A DNA stretch of 64,000 nt from NCBI GenBank assembly GCA_041750655.1, contig JBGSYZ010000017.1, positions 4,142 to 68,141 of the forward strand, read 5' to 3'. The stretch comes from Minisyncoccia bacterium. GTDB taxonomy: Bacteria; Patescibacteriota; Minisyncoccia; Phycocordibacterales; UBA918. The position numbers were made by a program, and so were the translations under genes. The notes under the pieces were generated by a model, which searched no databases, was not told the origin of the DNA, and saw nothing but the letters and a program-made list of their open reading frames with translations. Positions 9,604 through 19,344 of this stretch are shown piece by piece (the stretch's first letter is position 1; every line of letters begins with the position of its first letter).

Positions 9604-10500
9604 ATGAAGTACCTTAGTGATGCTGAAGTCCATACGCTCGAACAAAAGGCGAACGAGATTCGTCAGAGCATAATAGAAATGCTCGTTGAAGCTGGAAGTG
9701 GACACACAGCTGGTCCGCTCGGCATGGCTGATATATTTACTCTCCTTTACTTTGAGGTAATGCGACACGACCCCAAGAATCCAGATTGGGATGACCGAGA
9801 CCGATTTGTGTTAAGCAATGGTCACATTTGCCCAGGCCTATATGCCACCTTGGCTCACGCCGGTTATTTTCCGGTCGAAGAACTGTTAACATTACGAAAA
9901 TTTGGTTCACGCTTGCAAGGACACCCACACCGAACTTCTCTACCAGGAATTGAAACTAGTTCCGGTCCGTTGGGGTCTGGCCTTTCACAGGCAGTCGGAA
10001 TGGCGTTAGCAGAACGGATGGAAAATCCCTACTCATCTAAATACATATATTGTGTAACCGGCGACGGTGAATTAGATGAGGGTCAAATATGGGAGGCCGC
10101 TATGTTGGCCGGTAAAGAAAAACTTCACAATTTAATTGTAATTGTAGATCGCAATGGGATACAAATTGATGGGTATACAAAAAATGTCATGCCCCTTGAG
10201 CCACTACGAGAAAAGCTGGAAGCCTTTAACTTTGATGTTCAGGAAGTTGATGGGCATAATATTAGAAGTGTTAACGATGCTATTGGAAAAGCACAAGGAG
10301 TATATAGTCAACCATCGATCATAATCGCGCATACGATTCCGAGTAAGGGAGTTGATGTGTTTGAGCGAGATTTTCGCTGGCACGGTAATCCTCCAGGTAA
10401 AGGTCCTGAAGACAGAGTGTCACATGAAGATCAGGGTAAAGTTGCTCTTCAAAAACTTCGTTCACTAGCCGGTTCAATAGAGCCAGCTGATATTGCATAA
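9604..10500 (+). CDS. tkt: Transketolase, N-terminal (TPP-binding) subunit of a split enzyme
   Basis: 'GSGHTAGPLGMADIF' and 'GDGELDEGQIWEA' TPP-binding motifs. It is 298 aa. Confidence 0.85.
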   Translation: MKYLSDAEVHTLEQKANEIRQSIIEMLVEAGSGHTAGPLGMADIFTLLYFEVMRHDPKNPDWDDRDRFVLSNGHICPGLYATLAHAGYFPVEELLTLRKFGSRLQGHPHRTSLPGIETSSGPLGSGLSQAVGMALAERMENPYSSKYIYCVTGDGELDEGQIWEAAMLAGKEKLHNLIVIVDRNGIQIDGYTKNVMPLEPLREKLEAFNFDVQEVDGHNIRSVNDAIGKAQGVYSQPSIIIAHTIPSKGVDVFERDFRWHGNPPGKGPEDRVSHEDQGKVALQKLRSLAGSIEPADIA

Positions 10501-10503
10501 AAT

Positions 10504-11490
10504 ATGTTAGCTAATCATTTACAACCAAATCTTCTACAAGAAGAACCGGAAATGGTCCCGAGTCGTAACGGGTACGGCGACGGGCTTAAAGAAGCGGGTG
10601 AAAAAAATCGGAACATCGTGGCCTTATCTGCAGATCTCACGGAATCTACTCGGACACATATTTTTGCCGAAGCTTTTCCGGAACGGTTTATTCAAGTTGG
10701 TATTGCCGAGCAGAACATGGCCTCAGTCGCTTCTGGTATGGCGGCCATGGGCAAGATTCCGTTTGTAGCTTCATACGCGATGTTTTCACCGGGTAGAAGT
10801 TGGGAACAAGTTCGTACAACTATTGCCTACAATGATTCAAATGTAAAAATAATTGGTGCACACGCTGGTGTGTCGGTTGGTCCAGATGGAGCCACTCACC
10901 AAGCGCTTGAGGATATTGCACTGATGCGCGTGATTCCTAATATGGTAGTAATAGCGCCATGCGATGTACACGAAGCGCGACGGGCGACACTGGCAGCTGC
11001 AGAATATAACGGGCCAGTGTATATACGAGTCGGACGAGAAAAAACCCCAGTCGTTACTACCGTCGGTTCATCATTTGCTATCGGTAAAGCAGAGATCTTT
11101 ATGAAGAGAAACGAGGCTCATAATAAAAAGGTTGGCATCATTGTTACAGGGACACTAGTACATAATGCTCTGGTAGCCGCTGCCGAATTAAATGAAAAAG
11201 GTATTGGCGCTTCCGTTATGAATATGGCGACCATCAAGCCACTTGATACCGAAGCTCTGGAAAAATTTGCCGCCGAACATGATGTGTTGGTAACGGTTGA
11301 AGAACATCAAGTAGCTGGTGGGCTGGGTGGTGCGGTGTCTGAACATCTTTCTGAGGTGGCTCCAATCAGAATTGTGAAAGTAGGAGTACACGATCAGTTC
11401 GGGCAATCGGGCACAATGGATGAACTCAATGCTCATTATGGAATGGATGTGCCAGCGATTTTGAAAGCGGTGGATAAAGCTTTGGCTTAA
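10504..11490 (+). CDS. tkt: Transketolase, C-terminal (pyrimidine-binding/C-terminal domain) subunit
   Basis: The gene is adjacent to the N-terminal subunit. 'FIQVGIAEQNM' is the transketolase Pyr-domain motif. Confidence 0.85.
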   Translation: MLANHLQPNLLQEEPEMVPSRNGYGDGLKEAGEKNRNIVALSADLTESTRTHIFAEAFPERFIQVGIAEQNMASVASGMAAMGKIPFVASYAMFSPGRSWEQVRTTIAYNDSNVKIIGAHAGVSVGPDGATHQALEDIALMRVIPNMVVIAPCDVHEARRATLAAAEYNGPVYIRVGREKTPVVTTVGSSFAIGKAEIFMKRNEAHNKKVGIIVTGTLVHNALVAAAELNEKGIGASVMNMATIKPLDTEALEKFAAEHDVLVTVEEHQVAGGLGGAVSEHLSEVAPIRIVKVGVHDQFGQSGTMDELNAHYGMDVPAILKAVDKALA

Positions 11491-11504
11491 TTTAAAACAT
11501 TAAT

Positions 11505-11541
11505 AAAAGAGGCGCGCCCTACGGGCGCGCCTCTTTTATTT
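11505..11541. terminator. Bidirectional intrinsic terminator between convergent tkt(C) and pfkB
   Basis: 'AAAAGAGGCGCGCCCTACGGGCGCGCCTCTTTTATTTT' has a GC stem flanked by A and T runs. Confidence 0.8.
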
Positions 11542-11550
11542 TAAGTTTAA

Positions 11551-12558
11551 CTAAATCTTTTCTGGCTTGTAGAAATCAGGAGCCTCACTAAGGTACTTCT
11601 GCAATTCATCCATTTTTAGCAATCCTTTTTGGGCTCCAATGTATTGTACGACACTCATAGAATTAATTGGTCCCCACGACAAGGCTTCGGCTGGAGTTTT
11701 GCCAAGAGCGATAGCGGCGGTGAAAGTACTCGAGAAAGAATCACCTGCACCAGTACGATCGACTGGTGGCGCTGGGTCTGGGTACATAGGCATGTGCCAC
11801 GCTTGGTCATCATTATCAACCACATAAGCACCATTTGGTCCATCAGTAACTACTGGCATATTTGGGCCGAGACCTTTGAACTTACGAATTAGTGACGGCA
11901 CATTTTGGTCATCACTACCTAATATTTCTTGAGCCTCTTCTTTATTACAGAAAAATATTTCTGTGTTTTCGTACACTTCTTTGAGTTTCTCCGGGCCAAG
12001 CTTGATTTGGAAGGTTCCTGGTTGAAATACCAATTTAGTATCAGGGTTTTTCTTTACGTACTCAGATATGATGAAGTGATAATCAACCCCGTGTTCACCA
12101 ATTGAAGAGAAGTAGATGTAGCGTGGTGGCTCTGCAAAGTCTGGAAGAGTATACGGATACTGCTCATGTTTGATTAAGATGGTACGTTCTGGTCCATAAC
12201 GTAAAACATAGTGGTAGTTGGTAGTTTTACCTTCGTGAATTTTTACATAATCTGTATGTACTCCTTCTTGGCGTAAGGCATCCAGACAATCTTTGCCATT
12301 CCTATCATGACCAATGTTGGTCACTAAAGCGGTATTAAGGCCGAGACGGTGAGCAGACACTGCGGCGTTAGGTGAGTTACCAACGGCATTTACTACAGTT
12401 ACGTCTTTGTACGGCAACTTGCCGCCAAACGGCATATGAAGGGTTTTGCGACCAGTATCCATATCTTGTGATACGTCGGCCTGGTCTTTATCTAGTTCTA
12501 AAAAGGCGTCTATTACTATATCGCCTATGGCGACAAAATCGTGTTTTTCGGATGACAT
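11551..12558 (-). CDS. PfkB-family carbohydrate kinase (ribokinase/phosphofructokinase-like). Start taken at 'MSSEKHDFVAIGD'. The longest ORF (to 12642) would run into the fba start.
   Basis: C-terminal 'GAGDSFSSTFTAAIALG' is the PfkB signature 2. An N-terminal Gly-rich ATP site is also present. Confidence 0.75.
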   Translation of the reverse strand: MSSEKHDFVAIGDIVIDAFLELDKDQADVSQDMDTGRKTLHMPFGGKLPYKDVTVVNAVGNSPNAAVSAHRLGLNTALVTNIGHDRNGKDCLDALRQEGVHTDYVKIHEGKTTNYHYVLRYGPERTILIKHEQYPYTLPDFAEPPRYIYFSSIGEHGVDYHFIISEYVKKNPDTKLVFQPGTFQIKLGPEKLKEVYENTEIFFCNKEEAQEILGSDDQNVPSLIRKFKGLGPNMPVVTDGPNGAYVVDNDDQAWHMPMYPDPAPPVDRTGAGDSFSSTFTAAIALGKTPAEALSWGPINSMSVVQYIGAQKGLLKMDELQKYLSEAPDFYKPEKI

Positions 12559-12632
12559 ATGCTCACAGTATACCAGCCATGACAACCTAGTAAGTATGAT
12601 AATGTGTAGAGAAACAAATAAGTAGAAAATAT

Positions 12633-13499
12633 ATGAAGACACTTCGAGAAACGTTAAGGGAGGCAGAAGAACAGAAAGTGGCGGTCGGTCATTTTAATGT
12701 ATCAGACTCAACTCAACTGTGGGGGATTTTTCACGCTGCTCAAACATTAAACCTACCAGTTATTATCGGTACCTCAGAGGGCGAGCGTGATTTTGTCGGC
12801 CCAAAGCAATTGATCGCGATGGTGCGTAGTATACGTGAAGAATACAACCATCCTATTTATACGAATGCTGACCATACGTACTCATTAGAGCGTGTGAAAG
12901 AAGCAATTGATGCTGGTTATGATGCGGTCATTTATGATGGTAATAAAGTGTCTCATGAAGAAAACGTGTCTATCACCAAAGAATGTGTAGCGTATGCTCG
13001 AAGTCAGGAACGTGATGTGTTGGTGGAAGCTGAACTCGGTAATATTGGTATGTCGTCAAAATTACTGGATGGAATTCCAGAAGGAGCTGAAATAACCGAT
13101 GAGATGTTGACACTACCTGAAGATTTAAAACAGTTTGTCGAGAATACTGGGGTGGATTTGATTGCGCCGGCTGTTGGCAATCTACACGGCATGCTCAAAG
13201 GTGGTGCAAATCCACGTCTCAACATTGAACGTATTAAAGAGTTACGGGAAGCCGGTGGTATTCCGATGGTGCTTCATGGGGGGTCTGGTATTTCTGATGA
13301 TGATTTTACTGCGGCCATTGATGCTGGTATTGCCTGCGTTCATATCAATACAGAAATTCGGGTGGCGTATCGTGATGGTATAAAGCAATATATAGATGAA
13401 AATCCAGATGAAATTTCTCCATACCGGTACCTCAAAGCCGGCCGAGACACACTCCAAGAAGTAGTAGAAAACCGTTTAAGATTGTTCAATAGACTGTAA
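12633..13499 (+). CDS. fba: Class II fructose-/tagatose-bisphosphate aldolase
   Basis: 'HFNVSD...', 'GTSEGE' and 'LHGGSGISDDDF...CVHINTEIR' are class II FBA motifs. Confidence 0.85.
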   Translation: MKTLRETLREAEEQKVAVGHFNVSDSTQLWGIFHAAQTLNLPVIIGTSEGERDFVGPKQLIAMVRSIREEYNHPIYTNADHTYSLERVKEAIDAGYDAVIYDGNKVSHEENVSITKECVAYARSQERDVLVEAELGNIGMSSKLLDGIPEGAEITDEMLTLPEDLKQFVENTGVDLIAPAVGNLHGMLKGGANPRLNIERIKELREAGGIPMVLHGGSGISDDDFTAAIDAGIACVHINTEIRVAYRDGIKQYIDENPDEISPYRYLKAGRDTLQEVVENRLRLFNRL

Positions 13500-13568
13500 T
13501 CAAACAAATAGCATCTTGCGAAAGAGCCTGTTTATGGTATGGTAGTCGCCGTAACAAACACTTAATAT

Positions 13569-14219
13569 ATGACAATTACTTTAACTGTAGAAAAACGTGG
13601 AGATAAAGCTGAATCAGCTGATGCTCTACGAAATAAAGGTATATTGCCGGGCGTTGTGTACGGCCCAAAGCAAGAAGCCACCCCATTAGCTATCGATAAA
13701 AAAGACTTCGAAAAAGTACTCAAAGAAGCTGGTGAATCAACCATCGTTTCGTTAGAAGGCCTCGGTGCTCCTACGGAAGTACTCATTCATGATGTAGCAT
13801 TTGATGCACATAAAGGAGGGGTAACTCATGTAGACTTTTATGCTATTGAGCGTGGTAAGGAACTTACAGTGGACGTACCACTAGAATTTATCGGGGAAGC
13901 TCCGGTTGAAAAAACAGGCGCTACTGCTAACAAGGTGCTTCATGAAATTGAAGTGACTTGTCGGCCAAGTAATCTGCCGTCTCATATTGACGTAGATATT
14001 TCAGTGCTGGTTGATGAAGAATCAGTAATTCATGTAAAAGACCTTATCGTCCCAGAAGGTGTTACGGTAGAAAACGATCCTGAGGACGTGGTAGTAAATG
14101 TCTCTGCTGCACGAGAGGAAGAACCTGAAGAAGTGGCGGAGGTAGATATGGACGCTATTGAGGTTGAACAGAAAGGTAAGGACGAAGATGGTGGTTCTGA
14201 AGAAGATAAAAAAGAATAG
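13569..14219 (+). CDS. rplY: Ribosomal protein L25 / general stress protein Ctc, with an acidic C-terminal tail
   Basis: 'LTVEKRGDKAESADALRNKGILPGVVYG' is a typical L25 N-terminus. Confidence 0.8.
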   Translation: MTITLTVEKRGDKAESADALRNKGILPGVVYGPKQEATPLAIDKKDFEKVLKEAGESTIVSLEGLGAPTEVLIHDVAFDAHKGGVTHVDFYAIERGKELTVDVPLEFIGEAPVEKTGATANKVLHEIEVTCRPSNLPSHIDVDISVLVDEESVIHVKDLIVPEGVTVENDPEDVVVNVSAAREEEPEEVAEVDMDAIEVEQKGKDEDGGSEEDKKE

Positions 14220-14240
14220 TTAAATAAAAGGATATTTTCA

Positions 14241-14278
14241 AACGAGGCGACAACACAGGTCGCCTCGTTTCGTTTATT
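14241..14278 (+). terminator. Intrinsic terminator after rplY
   Basis: 'AAACGAGGCGACaacacagGTCGCCTCGTTTcgtttatt'. Confidence 0.7.
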
Positions 14279-14314
14279 GGGTAAGATTGATATACTAAGG
14301 TCGTCATAACATAT

Positions 14315-15652
14315 ATGCGGAGTTTTATTTCAGGTTTTTTTATATTGCTATTTTTAGCTATTCCCGTTACATCGGTGTTTGCTCAAGAATCAAAAGAGGC
14401 ACGCCGTGCTCGACTGGAGGCTGAGCTTCAAGTGGTAGAGAGACAGATTCTCAAGCAGCAGGTTTTGGTAGAAGACAAACGTGAAGAACGTCAGTCATTG
14501 GAACGTGATGTGACCATTCTCGATGGGCAAATCACAAAAGCACAATTGGCAATCCAAGCACGCTCACTAGCCATTACCCAGCTTAGCGATCAGATTGGTG
14601 AAAAAGAAGTGGTGATTGATATTCTTGAAGAGCGCTTGGACAAACAACGACAATCGTTAGCTGAGCTAGTGCGAAAGACCAATGAGGTAGATGATTTTTC
14701 TTTGATTGAAGTACTTTTGAGCAATCAAAGTTTCTCCGATTTCTTTAATGATATGGAGAGTTTCCAAGACTTAAAGTCTTCACTCAACAGTTCTCTTAAC
14801 GCACTCGAAGAAATTAAAGTAGATACTGAAGGACAAAAGCAAGCCTTGGCCGTTAAACAATCTACTGAAGAAGAGTTGCGACAACTTCAAGAATTAGAAA
14901 AAAAAGAAATTGAAGCTCGGGAAAAAGAAAAAGCCCAGATCCTTAATGTCACTAAAGGTGAGGAGGCTGAGTACCAAAAGCTACTCTTGGCCCAGCAAAA
15001 AACTGCTTCGCAAATTCGCCAACAACTCTTTGAGCTTCGTGACTCTGGCTCAATTCCGTTTGGGCAAGCTTACGAACTCGCTAAAGTGGCTGGAGCTCGT
15101 ACCGGAGTGCGTCCAGCTCTCATCATGGGTATCTTGACCCAAGAGACCAAGCTTGGAGAAAACCTTGGTGTACCCGGTGTGTGGACTACCGACATGCATC
15201 CGGATCGTGACCAACCAATCTTCTCTGTCATTGCCGCGACAGTTGGTTTTGATCCAAACGCAGTACCAGTTTCCAGAGCGCCAGGCTATGGTTGGGGAGG
15301 TGCGATGGGTCCTTCACAGTTTATTCCTTCTACCTGGGCGATTTATGGTGGGTATGTAAAGAACGGTTCTGGTCAATGGGTGTATGATGCCAATCAAGAT
15401 ATTATTCGGGCGATGTTGGGTAAAAGCAGTCCGTCTAATCCTTATGATAATCAAGACGCTTTCTTGGCGACTGCTCTATTGATGCGAGACAACGGTGCCG
15501 CAGCCGGTACGTACTACGCTGAGCGGTTGGCCGCTTTGCGTTACTTTGCCGGTTGGGGGAATGCCGAAAATCCTTCCTATGCCTTTTACGGTGATGGGGT
15601 AATGGGGCATACTGAGCGGATTCAACAAGAGATTAATATTATCAATAGCTAA
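14315..15652 (+). CDS. Secreted coiled-coil protein with a C-terminal MltB-like (SLT_2) lytic transglycosylase domain
   Basis: A signal peptide 'FFILLFLAIPVTSVFAQE' is present. About 200 aa of heptad-rich Q/E/L/K sequence follows. The C-terminal 'GAMGPSQFIPSTW' matches MltB 'GAMGQ.QFMPSS'. Confidence 0.6.
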   Translation: MRSFISGFFILLFLAIPVTSVFAQESKEARRARLEAELQVVERQILKQQVLVEDKREERQSLERDVTILDGQITKAQLAIQARSLAITQLSDQIGEKEVVIDILEERLDKQRQSLAELVRKTNEVDDFSLIEVLLSNQSFSDFFNDMESFQDLKSSLNSSLNALEEIKVDTEGQKQALAVKQSTEEELRQLQELEKKEIEAREKEKAQILNVTKGEEAEYQKLLLAQQKTASQIRQQLFELRDSGSIPFGQAYELAKVAGARTGVRPALIMGILTQETKLGENLGVPGVWTTDMHPDRDQPIFSVIAATVGFDPNAVPVSRAPGYGWGGAMGPSQFIPSTWAIYGGYVKNGSGQWVYDANQDIIRAMLGKSSPSNPYDNQDAFLATALLMRDNGAAAGTYYAERLAALRYFAGWGNAENPSYAFYGDGVMGHTERIQQEINIINS

Positions 15653-15691
15653 CACAATTTGAGCTGGCTCGTTTCAAGCAATAAGCTTTCC

Positions 15692-15719
15692 TTGCCAATA
15701 TGCTAAGTTTTGGTATAGT
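15692..15719 (+). promoter_or_regulatory. Sigma70-like promoter upstream of rpmE
   Basis: TTGCCA, a 16-nt spacer, then TATAGT. It lies about 45 nt upstream of the rpmE ATG. Confidence 0.45.
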
Positions 15720-15764
15720 GTGGCCCAATAAAAGGTCGCTGACTAAATGTGACTGAATATACAT

Positions 15765-16037
15765 ATGAAAACTGATATACACCCAGATAACTATCGAATG
15801 GTCATCTTCCACGACAACTCGTGTGGAGAGCGTTTTTTGATTGGTTCTACAATTGAATCAAAAGAAACTGACAAGTGGACAGACGGAAAAGAATACCCAC
15901 TAGTGACTATGGATGTTTCGAGCGCTTCACACCCATTTTATACTGGACTCGAAAAGGTGATGGATACAGCTGGACGAGTAGAGAAGTTCAAGGCTCGTAC
16001 TGCTGCAGCCGGAGACCGACGAAAGAAGAAATCATAA
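15765..16037 (+). CDS. rpmE: Ribosomal protein L31, type B (non-zinc form)
   Basis: '[10 protein letters not shown]...' and 'HPFYTG...GRVEKF' are L31 motifs. There is no CxxC pair. Confidence 0.8.
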   Translation: MKTDIHPDNYRMVIFHDNSCGERFLIGSTIESKETDKWTDGKEYPLVTMDVSSASHPFYTGLEKVMDTAGRVEKFKARTAAAGDRRKKKS

Positions 16038-16197
16038 ACTCACCTCATCTGCTGGTCGCATAGAGGAAAATTTTCTTCACCGTATAACAAATACGACTCA
16101 TCAAATTTGCCTCTTGCTTCGCGCATCTGAGGCAATTTTATAATTTCTTTAACTTCGCACTTTTAAATTGTATATAGTATATTGCTATCACTTACCC

Positions 16198-17172
16198 ATG
16201 GAACACTCAGAAGAAAAACTACAAGAATTTCGCGACAATCAAAAGACGCAGTTTTTGATGACACAGTATGAAGACATGGCAGTCAAGCTTGAGGAAGCTA
16301 AATTAATGCTCAATGATGCAGGTATGGCGGAATTAGCCAAAGCTGAAGTGGCTGAGATTCAAACCATGCTCGATAATCAGTATGAAGAAATGGACAGAAT
16401 TATTGAATCTTCTAAAGAAGAGGAAGCCAAACCTTACGGGGTCACACTGGAAGTCCGGGCAGGAGCGGGCGGTGATGAAGCAGCGTTGTTTGCCGAAGAA
16501 CTAGCCAACATGTATTTAAAATACGCTGAAGTAAAAGGCTGGCAAACGAGTCGTAATCATGTCTCCAACGCTCCAGTTGGTGGGTATAAAGAAGGTAGTT
16601 TTGAAATACTTGGTCCTGGCGTATACGATGCTCTGCGTTACGAAACTGGTGTGCACCGAGTGCAACGAATTCCGGCCACTGAGAAGCAGGGCCGGATTCA
16701 TACCTCGACTGCTTCAGTCGCTATCTTACCGATGCGAAAAAAACCCAAGATTGAAATTAATATGGGTGATATTGATATGGAGTTTTCACGAGCCGGCGGG
16801 GCTGGTGGGCAAAATGTGAATAAAGTAGAAAGCGCCGTGCGGGTGGTGCATCGTCCGACTGGTATTGATGTGCGCTGCGAAACCGATCGTTCTCAGCTTA
16901 AGAACCGTATCAAGGCCATGGAGCTGCTGACCGCCAAACTAGAGGCACTGCACGATGAAGAAGAAGCTCGTAAACACGCGGCTGTACGAAAGGATCAAAT
17001 CGGAACTGGTGACCGTTCAGAAAAAATCCGTACCTACAACTTTCCGCAGAACCGGATTACCGACCACCGTATCAAGGAAACGTGGCACACTATTGACGCT
17101 ACCCTCGGTGGAGCTCTCGACCCTATAGTAGAAGCGATGCAAAATGCCGCCAGTGAAGGTGTTGCGGAATAA
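16198..17172 (+). CDS. prfA: Peptide chain release factor 1
   Basis: The GGQ motif '[19 protein letters not shown]' is present. '[14 protein letters not shown]' contains the RF1 PxT tripeptide. The start is set at 'MEHSEEKL', because the upstream in-frame ATG lacks support. Confidence 0.85.
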   Translation: MEHSEEKLQEFRDNQKTQFLMTQYEDMAVKLEEAKLMLNDAGMAELAKAEVAEIQTMLDNQYEEMDRIIESSKEEEAKPYGVTLEVRAGAGGDEAALFAEELANMYLKYAEVKGWQTSRNHVSNAPVGGYKEGSFEILGPGVYDALRYETGVHRVQRIPATEKQGRIHTSTASVAILPMRKKPKIEINMGDIDMEFSRAGGAGGQNVNKVESAVRVVHRPTGIDVRCETDRSQLKNRIKAMELLTAKLEALHDEEEARKHAAVRKDQIGTGDRSEKIRTYNFPQNRITDHRIKETWHTIDATLGGALDPIVEAMQNAASEGVAE

Positions 17173-17233
17173 GTACCTGTGTGGTAATATCTGGCCACTT
17201 TAAAGCCCTGGTGGCATTTTTTGTTATAAATAC

Positions 17234-17998
17234 ATGGAAGAAAAAACAACAACCAATCAACCCCTAATCGAACGCCTGTTTGCGGCTGGTTCTCATTTTG
17301 GTTTCCAAAAGAGCCGTCGTCATCCAACCGTCGTACCGTACATCTTTGGTGCAAAGCATGGTACTGATATTTTTGATCTAGAAAAAACTTCAGTTCTTCT
17401 CGAAACTGCAAAAGAAGTTATGAAGAAAGCTGGTAGTGAAGGCAAGACTGTGCTTTTTGTAGGTACTAAAGACGAAGCGACAGCGGTCGTTAAAGAAATG
17501 GCTGAAAAAGCAGAAATGCCAATGGTAGTCAATCGTTGGATTGGCGGCATGCTCACTAACTTTGGTGAAATTAAGCGTCGCCTTAATCGTTTGGAAGATC
17601 TTATCTCACAAGGTGAGTCAGGTGAACTTGAACGAAAATATACCAAAAAAGAACGAGTACTTATTAAACGAGAGATGGAAAAGCTCATGTTTAACTTCGG
17701 CGGTATTCGTACGCTAAAGAAAATTCCAGATATGATGGTGGTGGTTGACCCACGACACGATAGTATCGCGGTGACTGAAGCTAAGGATGTAAAAATCCCA
17801 GTAGTCGGTATCATGAGCTCGGACACTAATCTTAAATCAGTACATGTACCAGTGGTGGTAAATGACGCTCTGCGCTCAAGCATTAAACTAGCTCTTAGTG
17901 AACTAGTAACCGCCTACCAAGAAGGCCGAGCCAGTTACACCCCAGCTCCGGTAGAAGATCGACGGACTCGACGTCCGCAACCACAAACACAACGATAG
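17234..17998 (+). CDS. rpsB: Ribosomal protein S2
   Basis: 'LFAAGSHFGFQKSRRHPTVVPYIFG' is the S2 N-terminal signature. Confidence 0.85.
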   Translation: MEEKTTTNQPLIERLFAAGSHFGFQKSRRHPTVVPYIFGAKHGTDIFDLEKTSVLLETAKEVMKKAGSEGKTVLFVGTKDEATAVVKEMAEKAEMPMVVNRWIGGMLTNFGEIKRRLNRLEDLISQGESGELERKYTKKERVLIKREMEKLMFNFGGIRTLKKIPDMMVVVDPRHDSIAVTEAKDVKIPVVGIMSSDTNLKSVHVPVVVNDALRSSIKLALSELVTAYQEGRASYTPAPVEDRRTRRPQPQTQR

Positions 17999-18055
17999 TC
18001 TGTTACTCAGGCTTGGGTTTGTATTTATTTAATATAGTTATATTGTACTTTTAGT

Positions 18056-18640
18056 ATGGAAATTTCAACAACAGACATCAAAGCTTTGCGAGACCAAACT
18101 GGTATTTCAGTGATGCAATGCAAGAAGGCTCTGGAAGAAGCCGGTGGTGATATGGATAAAGCTGTCATCATTCTTAAAAAGAAGCGCAGTGAAGCAGCTG
18201 ACAAAAAGGCTGATCGAACGCTTGGGGCTGGTGCTGTTGGTGTGTACACACACAATACCAATGAAGTTGCCTCAATGGTGGTGTTGGCTTGTGAGACTGA
18301 TTTTGTGTCTAAGAACGAAGAATTTATTGCCTTAGCTCGTGATATCGCTATGCATGTAGCGGCGACTAATCCAAAGTATATTTCTCGCGAGGAAGTGGAC
18401 GAGACAGCTATTGCAAAAGCCAAGGAGGTATTTCAAACTGAAATTGCTGACAAGCCAGCTGAGATGCAAGCTAAGATTATGGAAGGTAAAATCAGCTCAT
18501 ACTTCAAGGAGCAGATTCTCTTGGAACAAGATTTTATTAAAAATCCTGAGCAAACTATTGCTGATTTGGTAAGTGGTGCGGTACAAAAATTCGGAGAGAA
18601 AGTTTCAATTGAAAAAATTGCTCGTTTGGCTGTAAAATAA
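18056..18640 (+). CDS. tsf: Elongation factor Ts (short form)
   Basis: 'DIKALRDQTGISVMQCKKALEEAGGDMDKAV' is the UBA-like EF-Ts N-terminus. Confidence 0.85.
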   Translation: MEISTTDIKALRDQTGISVMQCKKALEEAGGDMDKAVIILKKKRSEAADKKADRTLGAGAVGVYTHNTNEVASMVVLACETDFVSKNEEFIALARDIAMHVAATNPKYISREEVDETAIAKAKEVFQTEIADKPAEMQAKIMEGKISSYFKEQILLEQDFIKNPEQTIADLVSGAVQKFGEKVSIEKIARLAVK

Positions 18641-18644
18641 TCCA

Positions 18645-19061
18645 ATGCCAGCACTTTGGGTAGTAGCTAGTTTTAGTGCCGTTGGGCTCGTGCTCTTGGT
18701 GGTTTTGTTTCGGGCCGAAGAAAAGAAAGGTCGTCGAATTGTACTGCGACGAGTACGGGCGGCTTTAGATTTGTTGATTTTGAAAATCCATGGTCTTTTC
18801 AGAAAATTGTGGGGGAAAGTAAATGGTAGTTTTGCTCGACAAAGTTTCCATTTCATTATTAATAGTTTTTTGAAATTACTAATAATGATTGTTCGCAGCA
18901 CAGAATCAGCTTTAAAGAAACTGCAGCGAACCAACCAACAGGTAGCACGCACGACTATTCCTAATGGAGATTCTCATCTGGGTGAAGTGCGGGAACACAC
19001 TTCAGCGTTTCGAATGTCTCCTGAAGAGAAGAGACAGAAGCGGAGAAAATTGCTTGAATAA
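18645..19061 (+). CDS. Hypothetical small membrane-anchored protein
   Basis: An N-terminal TM helix 'LWVVASFSAVGLVLLVVLF' is followed by a basic helical tail. There is no recognisable family. Confidence 0.4.
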   Translation: MPALWVVASFSAVGLVLLVVLFRAEEKKGRRIVLRRVRAALDLLILKIHGLFRKLWGKVNGSFARQSFHFIINSFLKLLIMIVRSTESALKKLQRTNQQVARTTIPNGDSHLGEVREHTSAFRMSPEEKRQKRRKLLE

Positions 19062-19109
19062 TAAGGTTGCATTTATTCCTTTTTTTGGTCATAATACCGC
19101 GACTTAATT

Positions 19110-19195
19110 GTCACCTTAGCTCAGCTGGTTAGAGTTGAAATGATTTGGGAAACCATTTCAAAGTTTTGTCTCAAAACCGTTGTAGATAAAGTGAC
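19110..19195 (+). pseudogene. tRNA-like element. It has the 5' half of tRNA-Thr (acceptor plus D-arm) with an aberrant extended anticodon region and no T-arm. Likely a pseudo-tRNA or recombination scar.
   Basis: 'GTCACCTTAGCTCAGCTGGTTAGAG' matches the first 25 nt of the downstream tRNA-Thr. The 3' 'AAGTGACA' can pair with the 5' end. A 7-bp stem plus 11-nt loop replaces the anticodon arm. There is no GTTCRA T-loop. Confidence 0.4.
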
Positions 19196-19224
19196 ATGAG
19201 TCATGAAATTAAATAAAGTAGGAC

Positions 19225-19298
19225 GCCACCTTAGCTCAGCTGGTTAGAGCAACGGTTTTGTAAACCGTAGGTCCTCGGTTCGAATCCGAGAGGTGGCT
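19225..19298 (+). tRNA. tRNA-Thr (anticodon UGU). CCA is not encoded.
   Basis: The cloverleaf is canonical. Acceptor GCCACCT/AGGTGGC, D-stem GCTC/GAGC, anticodon loop TTTGTAA, T-arm CTCGG-TTCGAAT-CCGAG, discriminator T. Confidence 0.85.
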
Positions 19299-19304
19299 CA
19301 GGGT

Positions 19305-19332
19305 AAAAAGAACAGCATAAGCTGTTCTTTTT
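19305..19332 (+). terminator. Intrinsic terminator after tRNA-Thr
   Basis: 'AAAAAGAACAGCataaGCTGTTCTTTTT'. Confidence 0.75.
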
Positions 19333-19344
19333 AGTTTCTGGCCT

